From Candidatus Multivorans sp. (lineage in GTDB: Bacteria; Acidobacteriota; Thermoanaerobaculia; Multivoradales; Multivoraceae), in assembly GCA_965224025.1 (NCBI GenBank), contig OZ245033.1, forward strand, positions 2,880,001 to 2,944,000: a DNA stretch of 64,000 nt, read 5' to 3'. Made by a program: the position numbers and the translations under genes. The notes beneath the pieces are model-generated. The model searched no databases. It saw only the letters and a program-made list of their open reading frames with translations, and had not been told where the DNA came from. This document shows positions 40,248-50,139 of this stretch, piece by piece (the stretch's first letter is position 1; each line of letters begins with the position of its first letter).

Positions 40248-41267
40248 TCAGGCGGCGATCGGCAGCCCGCGGTCCAGGGCCGCCCGGACCGCCCGGCCGC
40301 CGGGGCCGGCACGGTACACGGCGGACAAGTCCAGCAGATCGACAGCGGACTGGTGGATCGCCTCGCCGAGCACGGCCTCGTCGCCCGGCGTGCGCTGGTG
40401 GCGGCCGAGCAGGCGGTACGGTGCCGACATTGAGTCGCCGGCCCGGCAGTCCCAGACAGGCCGGAGAGGGCGGGTGAGCGCGGCCAAATCGAGCCCGGCC
40501 GCTCGAGCGCGGCGCCACATCCAGGTCAGCGCCCGATCGGAGAGTCCCGTGTCGGCGCGGCCGCCACCGACGTCGCCGTGCACGCCCGGGAACCAGACCT
40601 GCTCCACGACCTGGTCGGCCTGCTCGCCAGCCCACAGACTGGGGGCGAACGGCCGGCGCTGCTCGTCAATCGCGACCGCGTGACAGGCGTGACGGATGTG
40701 GGCGCCGAGGCCGACGTCATGCCAGCGCCAACGCCGGGCGCCGACCCACCGCAGGCCGTCAATCGGCACGCCCAGGGAGCCCACCGTGTCCCAGACGCCC
40801 AGGAAGCGCACGCGGGCCCGCACGGGGCTCACCCTGGCCTCCCACTCTGCGACCTCCTCCGCGCGGCGCCGGCGATAGACGCCCATTGCTGCCCGGGCAA
40901 GCGCGTAGGCCGAGTCCCGCTGCGGCGGAATGCCCAGAAGACCGACCATGCCGGCGAGGCTGCGAGCAGTGTAGGCTCCGCGGCTGTAGCCGAACAGATA
41001 GAGATCGAGTCCAGCGCAGTAGTGCTTGATCAGCCAGTGGTACGCCTCCTCGACGTTGCGGGCCAGCCCGAGGCCGACGACGCCGCCGCGGAGACGATCG
41101 AACCGGCCGGTGCCCACGCCCTCGTCGTAGTAGACGTGCGCCGGCACGAACCGCTCGGCCGCGGCCGCAGCCGAACGGGTCATGGCCACGTTGGTGGGGT
41201 GTGGCGCGTCGGCCCTGTTCCAGGTGCCGTCGAAGCACATCACGAGATTCACCGACGGGACGCTCAT
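40248..41267 (-). CDS. DUF2235 / Tle1-like alpha/beta-hydrolase (putative phospholipase)
   Basis: CFDGTWN, YDEGVGT, LFGYSRGAYTARSLAG, FLGVWDTV, WFPGVHGDVGGG. Confidence 0.9.
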   Translation of the reverse strand: MSVPSVNLVMCFDGTWNRADAPHPTNVAMTRSAAAAAERFVPAHVYYDEGVGTGRFDRLRGGVVGLGLARNVEEAYHWLIKHYCAGLDLYLFGYSRGAYTARSLAGMVGLLGIPPQRDSAYALARAAMGVYRRRRAEEVAEWEARVSPVRARVRFLGVWDTVGSLGVPIDGLRWVGARRWRWHDVGLGAHIRHACHAVAIDEQRRPFAPSLWAGEQADQVVEQVWFPGVHGDVGGGRADTGLSDRALTWMWRRARAAGLDLAALTRPLRPVWDCRAGDSMSAPYRLLGRHQRTPGDEAVLGEAIHQSAVDLLDLSAVYRAGPGGRAVRAALDRGLPIAA

Positions 41268-42364
41268 GGTCGGCTCGCTTGGTGGTGGACGCCGCCAGCG
41301 TCGATCCGCAAGTCGGCGGTCGTTTCATCGAGCCACGGGATCCAAGATCTGCGGCCGCTGTCTCCGTCTACGGCCTCGCACCCGCGGGCGTCCCACTGGA
41401 TCCGCGGCGCCCTCGACACTGACCGAAGAGGCGACACGGCCTGGATTGAGATTCCCCGCGAATCGAGCCGTGCCGCGGTCACCGCGCCCTTCTGCCAGCT
41501 CGTGGCCCTGTCGAGCGCCGCGAGGACGAGCCTTCCGCGCCGCTGGATGCGGACTCGCAGGTCGCCCCAGGTGCAGATATGCGACGACACGAGCCGCGTC
41601 GCGCACCGGCGGACGGCATGCGCCTCGCCGCGGACGACTCGACACAGCCTCTCCTGGACCGGCGAGCTCAAGGGCTGTCCGCTCAGCGCCAGGACCGTCG
41701 CCAGTTGCCGGCCGGAGATCGGCCGATCGTGGGCGGCGGGATCCGTCGGCATCGGGTGCCGGCGCTCCTGCCGCCGGGCCTTGGCGGCCGCGTGGCGGCG
41801 GGCGCCCGGCCATCCGATCAGCAGGCCGAGGAGATCGGTCGCGCCGCTGCTGAGAGCGACCCACCGACTGGCCCTCATCCCAACCGGACAGAGGTGCAGG
41901 TTGCGGACGCGGGCACGGACCGGCTCGCCGCCGTACTCTCCCGTCCGGACGCCCGGTCTGGACGGCACCGCCAGCATCGCCAGCAAGTCGCACCAATCGC
42001 GGACGGCACGGGACAGAGCCACCCGATCGGCGCCCCGCTCGGCGAGCGCCGCGCCGACAACCAGCGCCGCCAGCACCCGGGCGGTGTAGGTGGGGCTGTT
42101 CCACTCACGGAGCTGCCAGCCCTCGCGCTCGTAGCGGCGGACCCACTCCACCAAGGCCTCCCAGTCACCGAGGCCGGCCAGCAGCACAGGGCGGAAGTTC
42201 ATGCTGGTGTCGCGGTCCGTCGTCCGGAGGAGCAGGCCGTCGCGCCGGCGCTGGCCGCGGCGGCGGTCCGAGGCGAACGCCTCGGCCAGGTCTGGGCGGC
42301 CGTTCGCGCGCCAGTAGAGCGCGATATCGCCCAGGTCACGAGGGCCGACCTTAGTCGCCGGCAT
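41264..42364 (-). CDS. Hypothetical phage cargo protein
   Basis: 366-aa ORF, ATGA-coupled to DUF2235; no recognisable domain. Confidence 0.6.
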   Translation of the reverse strand: MPATKVGPRDLGDIALYWRANGRPDLAEAFASDRRRGQRRRDGLLLRTTDRDTSMNFRPVLLAGLGDWEALVEWVRRYEREGWQLREWNSPTYTARVLAALVVGAALAERGADRVALSRAVRDWCDLLAMLAVPSRPGVRTGEYGGEPVRARVRNLHLCPVGMRASRWVALSSGATDLLGLLIGWPGARRHAAAKARRQERRHPMPTDPAAHDRPISGRQLATVLALSGQPLSSPVQERLCRVVRGEAHAVRRCATRLVSSHICTWGDLRVRIQRRGRLVLAALDRATSWQKGAVTAARLDSRGISIQAVSPLRSVSRAPRIQWDARGCEAVDGDSGRRSWIPWLDETTADLRIDAGGVHHQASRP

Positions 42365-42428
42365 CGGAATCCTCCGGCAGGCCGTGGATCGCCACGGCCG
42401 CGTTCGCCATCATCTGCGCCTGTTGCAT
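42351..42428 (-). CDS. Possible 25-aa coupling peptide
   Basis: MQQAQMMANAAVAIHGLPEDSDAGD; TGATG overlap with the portal stop. Confidence 0.35.
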   Translation of the reverse strand: MQQAQMMANAAVAIHGLPEDSDAGD

Positions 42429-43978
42429 CAGCGTGATGCCTCCTCGGCCTCCAGCCGGCCCCACACCTGGGCCACGAACAGCACTCGCGCCAGGCGCTCG
42501 GCCAGCTCGCCGACGTCCATCTCCGGCCACACCGAGGCGAGGTCCGAGAGCAGCGCCTCGGGGTCCTCCTGCGCCCGGCGCAGGACAGGCTCGATCATCG
42601 GGGCCGCCATCTCGTCCCAGGCGTCGGCGTCGATCGCCGCCATCACCTGCTCGATCCGGTCGAGCTGCCGCTCCGCCAGGTCCACTTGCGTGATGTGGCG
42701 CGACGGCCGTTGTCGCGCGCTGCCGCGCCGCGACGCAAAGGGACGGTCGGCCCACGCCATCTCGGCGTCGGCGGCGCCGGCCCCGGGAGACGTCGGCGGC
42801 GCCGGCCGCTCCTCGCCGAGCTCCACGCCGTACGTCTCCTCGACGTAGGCGTCCGACAGGCGCCGCCCGCTGATATCGACGATCAGCTTGTCCCTTTCCG
42901 CCTGCACGAGGAGGTCCGGGTCCTCCTCCTGCACGCGGCGCAGGATCGGCACGGCCGCCCCGGGCCAGTTCCAGTCGACGATCCACCGCGCGACCTGACT
43001 CCGGAACGAGTCGTGGATCAGCCAGGCGTCCGCGGACACGATCTCCTGGCGGACGTCCATGTGGATCTCCGCTTGGGAGCGCGACGAACCGTCCTCGGAC
43101 GTCATTGTCTCCGAGAGCACCACCTGGGTGATCGCGTCGTTCATCCTGCCGTAGAAGGACTCGTAGTCCATCGTGCCGCCGGAGCGCTCCAGGAGCTCGA
43201 TCGTCGTCGAGTCCGGGACCACGACGCCGGAGTCCGTGTGCAGCGCCTTCACGGCCTCGAGCAGCTTCGCCTTGTCCGCTTCGCTCGCGGTGGGCAGGTA
43301 CCTTCCGACGCCCGTTGGCTGGCCAAACTTCTCCAGCGCCACCAGCCAGAACTCGGTCTGGTGGCGCTTGAACCAGACCGGCCAGTACAGCGCGTGCCCG
43401 AGGCCGCGGCCGTACGGCTCGTCCACGTGATCCGCGCCCGTTGATGTGGTCCAGAACTTCCGGTCCGGCAGGGGCTTGCCCGCGGCGTCCTTCACCGTGC
43501 GCAGCAGCAGCCGCCACCGCGTCGCTCGGCCGCCGTCCTCGGCGCGCCAGGCGAAGCGCCGCCGGTCGCGGGGGAGGATCGCTTCCGGCACGACGTGACG
43601 GCCGTCGCGCATCCACATGACTTCCGCGACGCCCCATCCATAGAGGGTGGCGTACAGCATCTGGTCCGTGATTGCGTCCCACGGCGACCCCCCGAGGACC
43701 TCCTCGAGCTGCTCGGCCGCCATCTTGTCCCGGCGCGTCTTGCCGCCCGGCAGCACTTGCGTCTCGCGGGCGACCAGCGCCGCACGGCGCTGCTGGTGCG
43801 TCGACCAGACCTTGTCGTCGCGGAGCAGATCCTCGTACAAAATATGGTCCGACCGGCCGCGCTCCCGGAGCACACGGTCCTGCGGCGCCAGCCACCACAG
43901 ACCGTCCACCCAGCCGCGGGTGATGTCGCGGCCGCTGGTGACGCGGGCGATCTCGCCCTGGGGCGCCCTGGCCACCAT
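42428..43978 (-). CDS. Phage portal protein (DUF935, Mu gp29-like)
   Basis: PYGRGLGHALYWPVWFK, LEKFGQP, VLSETMTSEDGSSRSQAEIH; TGATG-coupled to terminase. Confidence 0.9.
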   Translation of the reverse strand: MVARAPQGEIARVTSGRDITRGWVDGLWWLAPQDRVLRERGRSDHILYEDLLRDDKVWSTHQQRRAALVARETQVLPGGKTRRDKMAAEQLEEVLGGSPWDAITDQMLYATLYGWGVAEVMWMRDGRHVVPEAILPRDRRRFAWRAEDGGRATRWRLLLRTVKDAAGKPLPDRKFWTTSTGADHVDEPYGRGLGHALYWPVWFKRHQTEFWLVALEKFGQPTGVGRYLPTASEADKAKLLEAVKALHTDSGVVVPDSTTIELLERSGGTMDYESFYGRMNDAITQVVLSETMTSEDGSSRSQAEIHMDVRQEIVSADAWLIHDSFRSQVARWIVDWNWPGAAVPILRRVQEEDPDLLVQAERDKLIVDISGRRLSDAYVEETYGVELGEERPAPPTSPGAGAADAEMAWADRPFASRRGSARQRPSRHITQVDLAERQLDRIEQVMAAIDADAWDEMAAPMIEPVLRRAQEDPEALLSDLASVWPEMDVGELAERLARVLFVAQVWGRLEAEEASR

Positions 43979-44781
43979 CAGGACACCCACCCGGCCAGGC
44001 CGTCTGCGGCGCCGCGCTGACCGCCGGTGATGAACGACCGGCGCCAGTCCTCGCCCGTGCTGACGCGCCCGCCGGCCGAGTCGGCCGTCGGCGGCCCGAC
44101 CGCCTGGCCGGCCGCCTGGCAGCCGAGCGCCAGCGCCACGACGCTGTCTCCGTGGCGGCCTCCGCGCGCGGTCTGACCGGCTGGGAGCTTCGGCGTCCCG
44201 TTGACGAGCTGCACGGCGCGGTGATCCGAGAGCACGTCGGCCGAACGGGGAATGACGATCTCGCCGTCGTCGACGCGCGCCTTGTACTTCGACATCCACT
44301 CCGCCCACCAGGGCTGGGTGATGCTGACCTCCTCGATCAGCGAGCCCCATTTGTCCGCCATCGCTTCGGCCACCGCCGAGCCGGCGCCGGTCGCGTCCAT
44401 CGCCGCGCCGCCGAACCGCGGCAGACGGCCGGCAATGTGATCGAGGACCTGGAACTGCTGGGCGTGCGGCACCCGGTGCAGCTCGAGCAGGAACGGGCAG
44501 CGCAGAGCGTTCCGGCCGCCAATCTCGATCGGCGCCACGACGCTCAGGGCGATCCGGCGCGCAAAGTCGAAGCCGAAGACGTGCCGCCGCTCGAGGTCCA
44601 GCCGCTCGAGCAGCGGATCGAGGTGCCCCGTGATCCATACGGCCATCTCCACGCGGCGGACGGGCTCCGGCGTGTCGTCCCAGGCCGCCGGCGCAGGGAA
44701 CTGGATCACGGGAGCGTCGTCGGCCATGCAGGCGTCGACCTGCGCGCGGCTGAAGTAGGCGCCGGCGCTCCTGGCCGGGAC
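43978..44781 (-). pseudogene. Terminase large subunit (Mu gp28-like), C-terminal nuclease part only
   Basis: PARSAGAYFSRA, FGFDFAR, AMDATGAG, GRHGDSVVALAL. Confidence 0.85.
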
Positions 44782-47700
44782 GCCGACGAAGAGGCAGGAG
44801 GCGACCGGGTACACGTATACGGCTACGGACACGGACGGCGACGCCGCTTCGCTCTCCTTCACGATCGAAGTGGCTGGCAGGGCGTCGGACGATGCGTCGT
44901 TCGCGTCGTACGTCGACGTGCCTTCGACGATGGCGGCGGGTTCGTCGGCGACGGTAGCGGTGCGGATGCGGAACACGGGCACGACGACCTGGACGTCGGC
45001 GGGCGGCTACCAGTTGGGTTCGCAGCGCCCGCAGGACAACGTGACGTGGGGTTTGAGCCGGGTTGCCCTGGCGTCGGAGGTGGCGCCGAACGCGACGGTC
45101 GACTTCACCTTCGCGATCACGGCGCCGGCGACGGTCAAGGGGCACAACTTCCGCTGGCGGATGCTCCGCGGTGCGAGCGGCTGGTTCGGCGACAAGACGG
45201 AGCTTCGCGAGATCACGGTGGAGGCGGACGAGTCGCCGTCGTTCGGCGCGTCGAGGATCCCCGGGCAGACGTGGGTGAAGCAGGTTGCGATCGATGCCCT
45301 GGCGTTGCCCGCCGCAACGGGCGGCAACGGCGAGTTGACCTACGGGTTGGCCGGAGACCTGCCTTCTGGCGTGACCTTCGACGCTTCGACGCGCACGCTG
45401 TCGGGCACGCCGGCGAAGAAGCTGGCGGCGACCGAGTACGCGTACACGGCGACGGACCTCGACGGCGACGCAGCTTCGCTTCTGTTCACGATCGAGGTCG
45501 CCGGCAGGGCGAGAGACGATGCGTCGTTCGTGTCGTACGTCGACGTGCCTTCGACGATGGCGGCGGGTTCGTCGGCGACGGTGACGGTGCGGATGCGGAA
45601 CACGGGCACGACGACGTGGACGTCGGCGGACGGCTACCAGTTGGGTTCGCAGCGTCCCCAGGACAACGTGACCTGGGGTTTGAGCCGGGTTGCCCTGCCG
45701 TCGGACGTGGGGCCGAACGGGACGGTTGACTTCACCTTCGCGATCACGGCGCCGGCGACGGTCAAGGGGCACAAGTTCCGTTGGCGCATGCTTCGAGGTG
45801 CGGCCGGCTGGTTCGGCGACAAGACGGAGATTCACGAGATCGCGGTGAAGGACCCGTCGTTCGGCGACGCCACGATTCCCGACCAGACCTGGGCGAGGGC
45901 CGTGCCGATCGATGCCTTGGCGTTGCCCGAGGCGAGCGGCAGCGGCGGCGTGTTGACTTACGCGTTGACGCCTTCGCTGCCGGATGGCTTGACCTTCACC
46001 GCGTCGACGCGGACAGTGTCGGGCACGCCGACGACAGCGCGGGACGCCGTGGAGTACACGTACACGGCGACGGACATCGACGGCGATGACGCGACGCTTG
46101 CGTTCACGATTGCGATCGAGGCGGCCGAGACGGACGACGCCTCGTTCGAGTCGGTTTCTGGCGTGCCGTCGAAGATCGCCGCCGGCGGCACGGCGACGGT
46201 GACGGTGACGATGACGAACACCGGCACGACGACGTGGACGTCTTCCGCGGGCTACGGTCTCGGTTCGGAGAGTCCTCAGGACAACGACACGTGGGGTCCG
46301 AGCCGGGTTTCTCTGCCGACGGACGTGGCGTCGAACGAGTCGGTCGCCTTCACGTTCACGATCACGGCGCCGGAGACGACGGGTAGCTACACGTTCGCGT
46401 GGAGCATGGTGCGCGATCCCGGGGCGTGGTTCGGGTCCGGCACGGGGGACGTGACGATCGAGGTGGAGGACCCGTCGTTCGGCGACGCGGCGGTTGCCGA
46501 CCAGACGTGGGCGCAGGACACGATGATCGATGCGTTGACGCTGCCTGAGGCGGGCGGCAGCGGCGGCGTGTTGACCTACGCGTTGACGCCTTCGCCGCCG
46601 GATGGCTTGACCTTCATCGCTTCGACGCGGACACTGTCGGGCACGCCGACAGCAGTGCAGGGACCAACGGAGTACACGTACACGGCGACGAACGCGGGCG
46701 GCCGTGCGGCGACGCTTTCGTTCTCGGTCGCGGTGGCGCCGGCGCCGAGGGACGACGCGGTGTTCTTGTCCTACACGGGCGTGCCGTCGAAGATGGCGGC
46801 GGGCGGCGCGGCGACGGTGACGGTGACGATGCGGAACACGGGCACGACGACATGGACGTCTTCCGCGGGCTACAGGCTGGGATCACAGCGCCCGCAGGAC
46901 AACGAGACGTGGGGCTTCAGCCGGGTGTCCCTGCCGTCGGATGTGGCGCCGGACGCGACGGCCGCCTTCACGTTCACGATCACTGCGCCGGAGACGACGG
47001 GCAGCCACGGGTTCCGGTGGCGGATGATTCGGGATACGGACGGCTGGTTCGGCGGCAAGACGGAGGTTCGGACGATCGAGGTGGAGGACCCGTCGTTCGG
47101 CGACGCGACGATTTCCGACCAGGCGTGGGCGCAGAACACGGCGATGGAGGCGTTGACGCTGCCCGCGGCAAGCGGCGACGACGGGGGGTTGACCTACGCG
47201 TTGACGCCTTTCCTGCCCGACGGCGTGACGTTCAACGCATCGACGCGGACGCTGTCGGGGACGCCGACGGCAGTGCAGGAGGCCGTGGAGTACACGTACA
47301 CGGCGACGGACGCGGACGGCGACGCGGCGACGCTTTCGTTCGAGATCACGGTGGCGCCGTCGTCGTCGTCGTCGTCGTCGTCGTCGGCAGCCAGGGCGCT
47401 TCCGCCTCCGGCGCCGCCCGGCGTCTTCGACATGTTCGAGTACTGGCTGCCGCCGCGCGGCAGCGCTCTGACGGTACAGGCCCGCCTTCGGGACGGGCGC
47501 ATCGCGCCGGCCGAAGGTTCGTCCTACGTTCGTTCCTTCTGGCGCGGAGACCTGTGGGGAAGGAAGGTGGCTCTCCTGGGCGATCCGAGCGGCGAGCGCT
47601 ACGACATCTTCGAGGAGGTCGAGGACGGCCTCGACTACTGGGGGACGTTTGAAGGCGCCGCGGCAGGCGGCGAAGCCGGTCCTAGCGCGGCGCTTGACCG

Positions 47701-48631
47701 CCCCTTCCGCTGGATGAACCGCCTCATGGCGGTGGGCGATGTCGTGGAGAGTCAGGTGACCGGCCGGTTGCTGTCGAACCGCAGGCGGACGCAGGAGAGC
47801 GTCCTGGAGGCGACGATGCGGCTCGAGGTGGTGTCGCATCGCGCGTCGTTCACGATTCCGGCGGCTGACGGTGTGACGTTCGAGGACGTGCTGGAGGTCC
47901 GCTTCCGGTCGGACATCGAGCGGGCGGAGGCTTACGACACGTTCTACCTCGCCCGGGGCTACGGCGCGGTGTACTCGCGGCGGTCGGCGGTGGCCGCGCC
48001 GGGAGGGGTCGTCGAGTGGTGGGCGGTCGAGAAGGCGCTGACGCCGGTTGTCCCGGCGCCGCCGCTGGTTCCGTGGTTCGATCCGTTCTCTCCGGGCTGG
48101 CCGAAGACGGCGGTGCGGAACGGCAACCTGGACGATTCCGCAAACGGGGTCGAAGGCGGGCAGGTCACGAGCTCCGAGGCGCCGGGCTGGACGGCCGATT
48201 CGGGCGACGCGGTGATCGCCCGGCCGCCTTCGGGTCTCGCCGCGGGCGCCTGGAGCATGCTGCTTCGCGAGAGCGACGGCGGGGGCGACGGTGCGCCTGA
48301 CGCGGCGATCACCGAGGAGTGGATTCCGGTCGAGGGCGGGACGTACCAGCTCTCGGCGTGCATGCGGAGGGAGAGCGCCCGAGACAACGTGTTCCTGGAC
48401 TTCGACGACGGCAAAGGCCTGGACGCGGACTTCGCCGACGCCCACCTGGTGGCTGCTTCGACCGGCACCTGGGAGTGCCGGGCGGTGACGAAGTGCATCC
48501 CCGGCTCGGTGGGGGCGGTCAGGATCCGGGCGGCCCGGGACGGCGCGAACCTGGGCGACGCCTGGTTCGACCGGATCGAGTTGAAGCGGATCGCCGCCTG
48601 CGCGGAGCAGCCGGGGCACTCGCAGCCCTGA
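44771..48631 (+). CDS. Surface protein with alternating NBR1-like Ig and putative Ig (He_PIG) repeats, 5'-truncated
   Basis: Four (M/T)xNTGTTTW...YxLGS...WG...V.P...F.F.ITAP units, repeated LTY.L...LPxGxTF.ASTRTLSGTP...YTYTATD units, Ser9 linker, unique C-terminal region; frame open from the junction at about 44771. Confidence 0.82.
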   Translation: MAGTPTKRQEATGYTYTATDTDGDAASLSFTIEVAGRASDDASFASYVDVPSTMAAGSSATVAVRMRNTGTTTWTSAGGYQLGSQRPQDNVTWGLSRVALASEVAPNATVDFTFAITAPATVKGHNFRWRMLRGASGWFGDKTELREITVEADESPSFGASRIPGQTWVKQVAIDALALPAATGGNGELTYGLAGDLPSGVTFDASTRTLSGTPAKKLAATEYAYTATDLDGDAASLLFTIEVAGRARDDASFVSYVDVPSTMAAGSSATVTVRMRNTGTTTWTSADGYQLGSQRPQDNVTWGLSRVALPSDVGPNGTVDFTFAITAPATVKGHKFRWRMLRGAAGWFGDKTEIHEIAVKDPSFGDATIPDQTWARAVPIDALALPEASGSGGVLTYALTPSLPDGLTFTASTRTVSGTPTTARDAVEYTYTATDIDGDDATLAFTIAIEAAETDDASFESVSGVPSKIAAGGTATVTVTMTNTGTTTWTSSAGYGLGSESPQDNDTWGPSRVSLPTDVASNESVAFTFTITAPETTGSYTFAWSMVRDPGAWFGSGTGDVTIEVEDPSFGDAAVADQTWAQDTMIDALTLPEAGGSGGVLTYALTPSPPDGLTFIASTRTLSGTPTAVQGPTEYTYTATNAGGRAATLSFSVAVAPAPRDDAVFLSYTGVPSKMAAGGAATVTVTMRNTGTTTWTSSAGYRLGSQRPQDNETWGFSRVSLPSDVAPDATAAFTFTITAPETTGSHGFRWRMIRDTDGWFGGKTEVRTIEVEDPSFGDATISDQAWAQNTAMEALTLPAASGDDGGLTYALTPFLPDGVTFNASTRTLSGTPTAVQEAVEYTYTATDADGDAATLSFEITVAPSSSSSSSSSAARALPPPAPPGVFDMFEYWLPPRGSALTVQARLRDGRIAPAEGSSYVRSFWRGDLWGRKVALLGDPSGERYDIFEEVEDGLDYWGTFEGAAAGGEAGPSAALDRPFRWMNRLMAVGDVVESQVTGRLLSNRRRTQESVLEATMRLEVVSHRASFTIPAADGVTFEDVLEVRFRSDIERAEAYDTFYLARGYGAVYSRRSAVAAPGGVVEWWAVEKALTPVVPAPPLVPWFDPFSPGWPKTAVRNGNLDDSANGVEGGQVTSSEAPGWTADSGDAVIARPPSGLAAGAWSMLLRESDGGGDGAPDAAITEEWIPVEGGTYQLSACMRRESARDNVFLDFDDGKGLDADFADAHLVAASTGTWECRAVTKCIPGSVGAVRIRAARDGANLGDAWFDRIELKRIAACAEQPGHSQP
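47360..47386 (+). repeat. (TCG)9 microsatellite encoding a poly-Ser linker
   Basis: Read directly from the sequence. Confidence 0.9.
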
Positions 48632-48806
48632 CGAACCTGGGGCGCCGGCTCACGAACTGTTGTCACCGAACGACGAGTTGCGGAGGTCGATCCGGACGGC
48701 TGAAGCAGACAGCCTGGTCCTGGCCTGGTCGGCGCCGAGAAGTGTTGATTTGCCAACACTTCTCGGCTAACATGCTGCGGCCATGGGGGTCAGGAGAAGA
48801 AGACCG

Positions 48807-50137
48807 ATGACGCGACTTGTCGTCGGCGCCTTGCTGTTTCTCGGCTGTGTCCCGGAAGGAGATGCTGATTGGCCACAATGGCGTGGACCGGGAGGACTTG
48901 GGGTTTCAATCGCATCCGATCTTCCGGTTGAATGGTCGGATGCGGAGACGAACACCCGCTGGACTGTCGCACTTCAAGGACAGGGCAATTCATCTCCGAT
49001 TGTCGCTTTCAACACCGTCTATCTTACAGAGGCACGACGAGAGAATCCGGGCGAGACCCCCAAGAGATTCTCCAGATGGCTCCTGGCCGTTGACGGTGAG
49101 AAAGGCGCGGTGAAGTGGGAGAAGCGAATCGTAACCACCGATGCAGAACCGAAGCACCGGCAAAACACATTCTCCAGTCCAACTCCGGTTGCTGACAGAC
49201 ATGGTGTGTACGTTATTTCGGTGCTCATCTCGCTCGTGTACTCCACGCAGGAGATGTTGACTGGCTGGTTGAGGTGGACCCGGACTACGCTGCCACTTAG
49301 CGCTACGGCGCGGCGAGTTCTCCCGTACTCGCTACGGATGTCGTTATCGTCCTGCAAGACCGCGAGTGGGGCTACGGGCAGCGACCTTCTCACGTAGGAT
49401 GGATTGCCGCTTTTGACCGTGGCAACGGCGCGCTCCGATGGAAGCACGAGTGGGCGGGCCAAAAGGGGCCGTGCTGCACATACACAACACCCCTCATCGT
49501 GGGGAGCGGACACAGAGAGCGGCTGATCGTTGCCTACTCCTGGATCATGCGCGAATACGATCCGCAGACAGGCGAGGTTCTCTGGTCATACGAGTACACT
49601 GACGGTGGGTGGGCGATCAACCAGTTGGCCTCTAGCCCCGTCTTCGAGGATGACCTTCTGGTCGTTTCGGGCGGTGCTCACGCCGTCAAGTCCACTCAGG
49701 CATTCAGCTTCGTAGCGTCGGATGCGAGCAGCAGGCCGCTGTTGCTATGGGGCAATGAGCAGGCGGTGCCCGAAACCAGTTCCCCGTTGCTGATGGATGG
49801 AATACTCTACACGGTCACGGACAACAGGACCATGAGTGCCTACGATGGGCATACTGGTCGTCTCCACTGGCGGCAGAGGCTCCCTCCGAACGGTAAGTAC
49901 CAAGCCTCTCTTGTAGGTGGATCCGGTCGGGTTTATGCGGTCGCGCCCGACGGTGTCGCAGTAGTCGAGGCTGGAAAGGAGTTCAAGCTACTAGCGAACA
50001 ATGTTTCGAATGGCGTAATCAGCAACGGATCGCTCGCCGTCGGGGCTGAGTGCTTGCTGCTGCGGATGCAAAGCACCCTTCGCTGTATTGAACGCTCAGG
50101 ATCGACGGTCGAGTCAGATCAAACCCATCCCGGCTGA
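48807..50137 (+). pseudogene. PQQ-like beta-propeller protein, frameshifted, lower GC
   Basis: DWPQWRGP, GNSSPIV, SPTPVAD, SSPLLMDGILY; frame breaks near 49216 and 49390. Confidence 0.75.
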
Positions 50138-50139
50138 AC

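Larger units (their letters stand above)
38348..44781 (-). mobile_element. Mu-like prophage remnant (head module)
   Basis: Terminase C-terminus, DUF935 portal, cargo genes, MuF and gpG in Mu order, tightly coupled; no other phage genes in the window. Confidence 0.9.

Noticed and set aside
34824-40477. Long + strand ORFs (34824..36995, 38228..40477) and similar ones at 11740, 32114, 46883, 57986
   Set aside because: Antisense shadows of real genes, expected at high GC3; no motifs.
43979-45835. 1135-aa ORF 42428..45835 as a giant portal fusion
   Set aside because: The N-terminal ~620 aa are the antisense of the Ig gene plus an off-frame reading of terminase. The real portal starts at ATG 43978.
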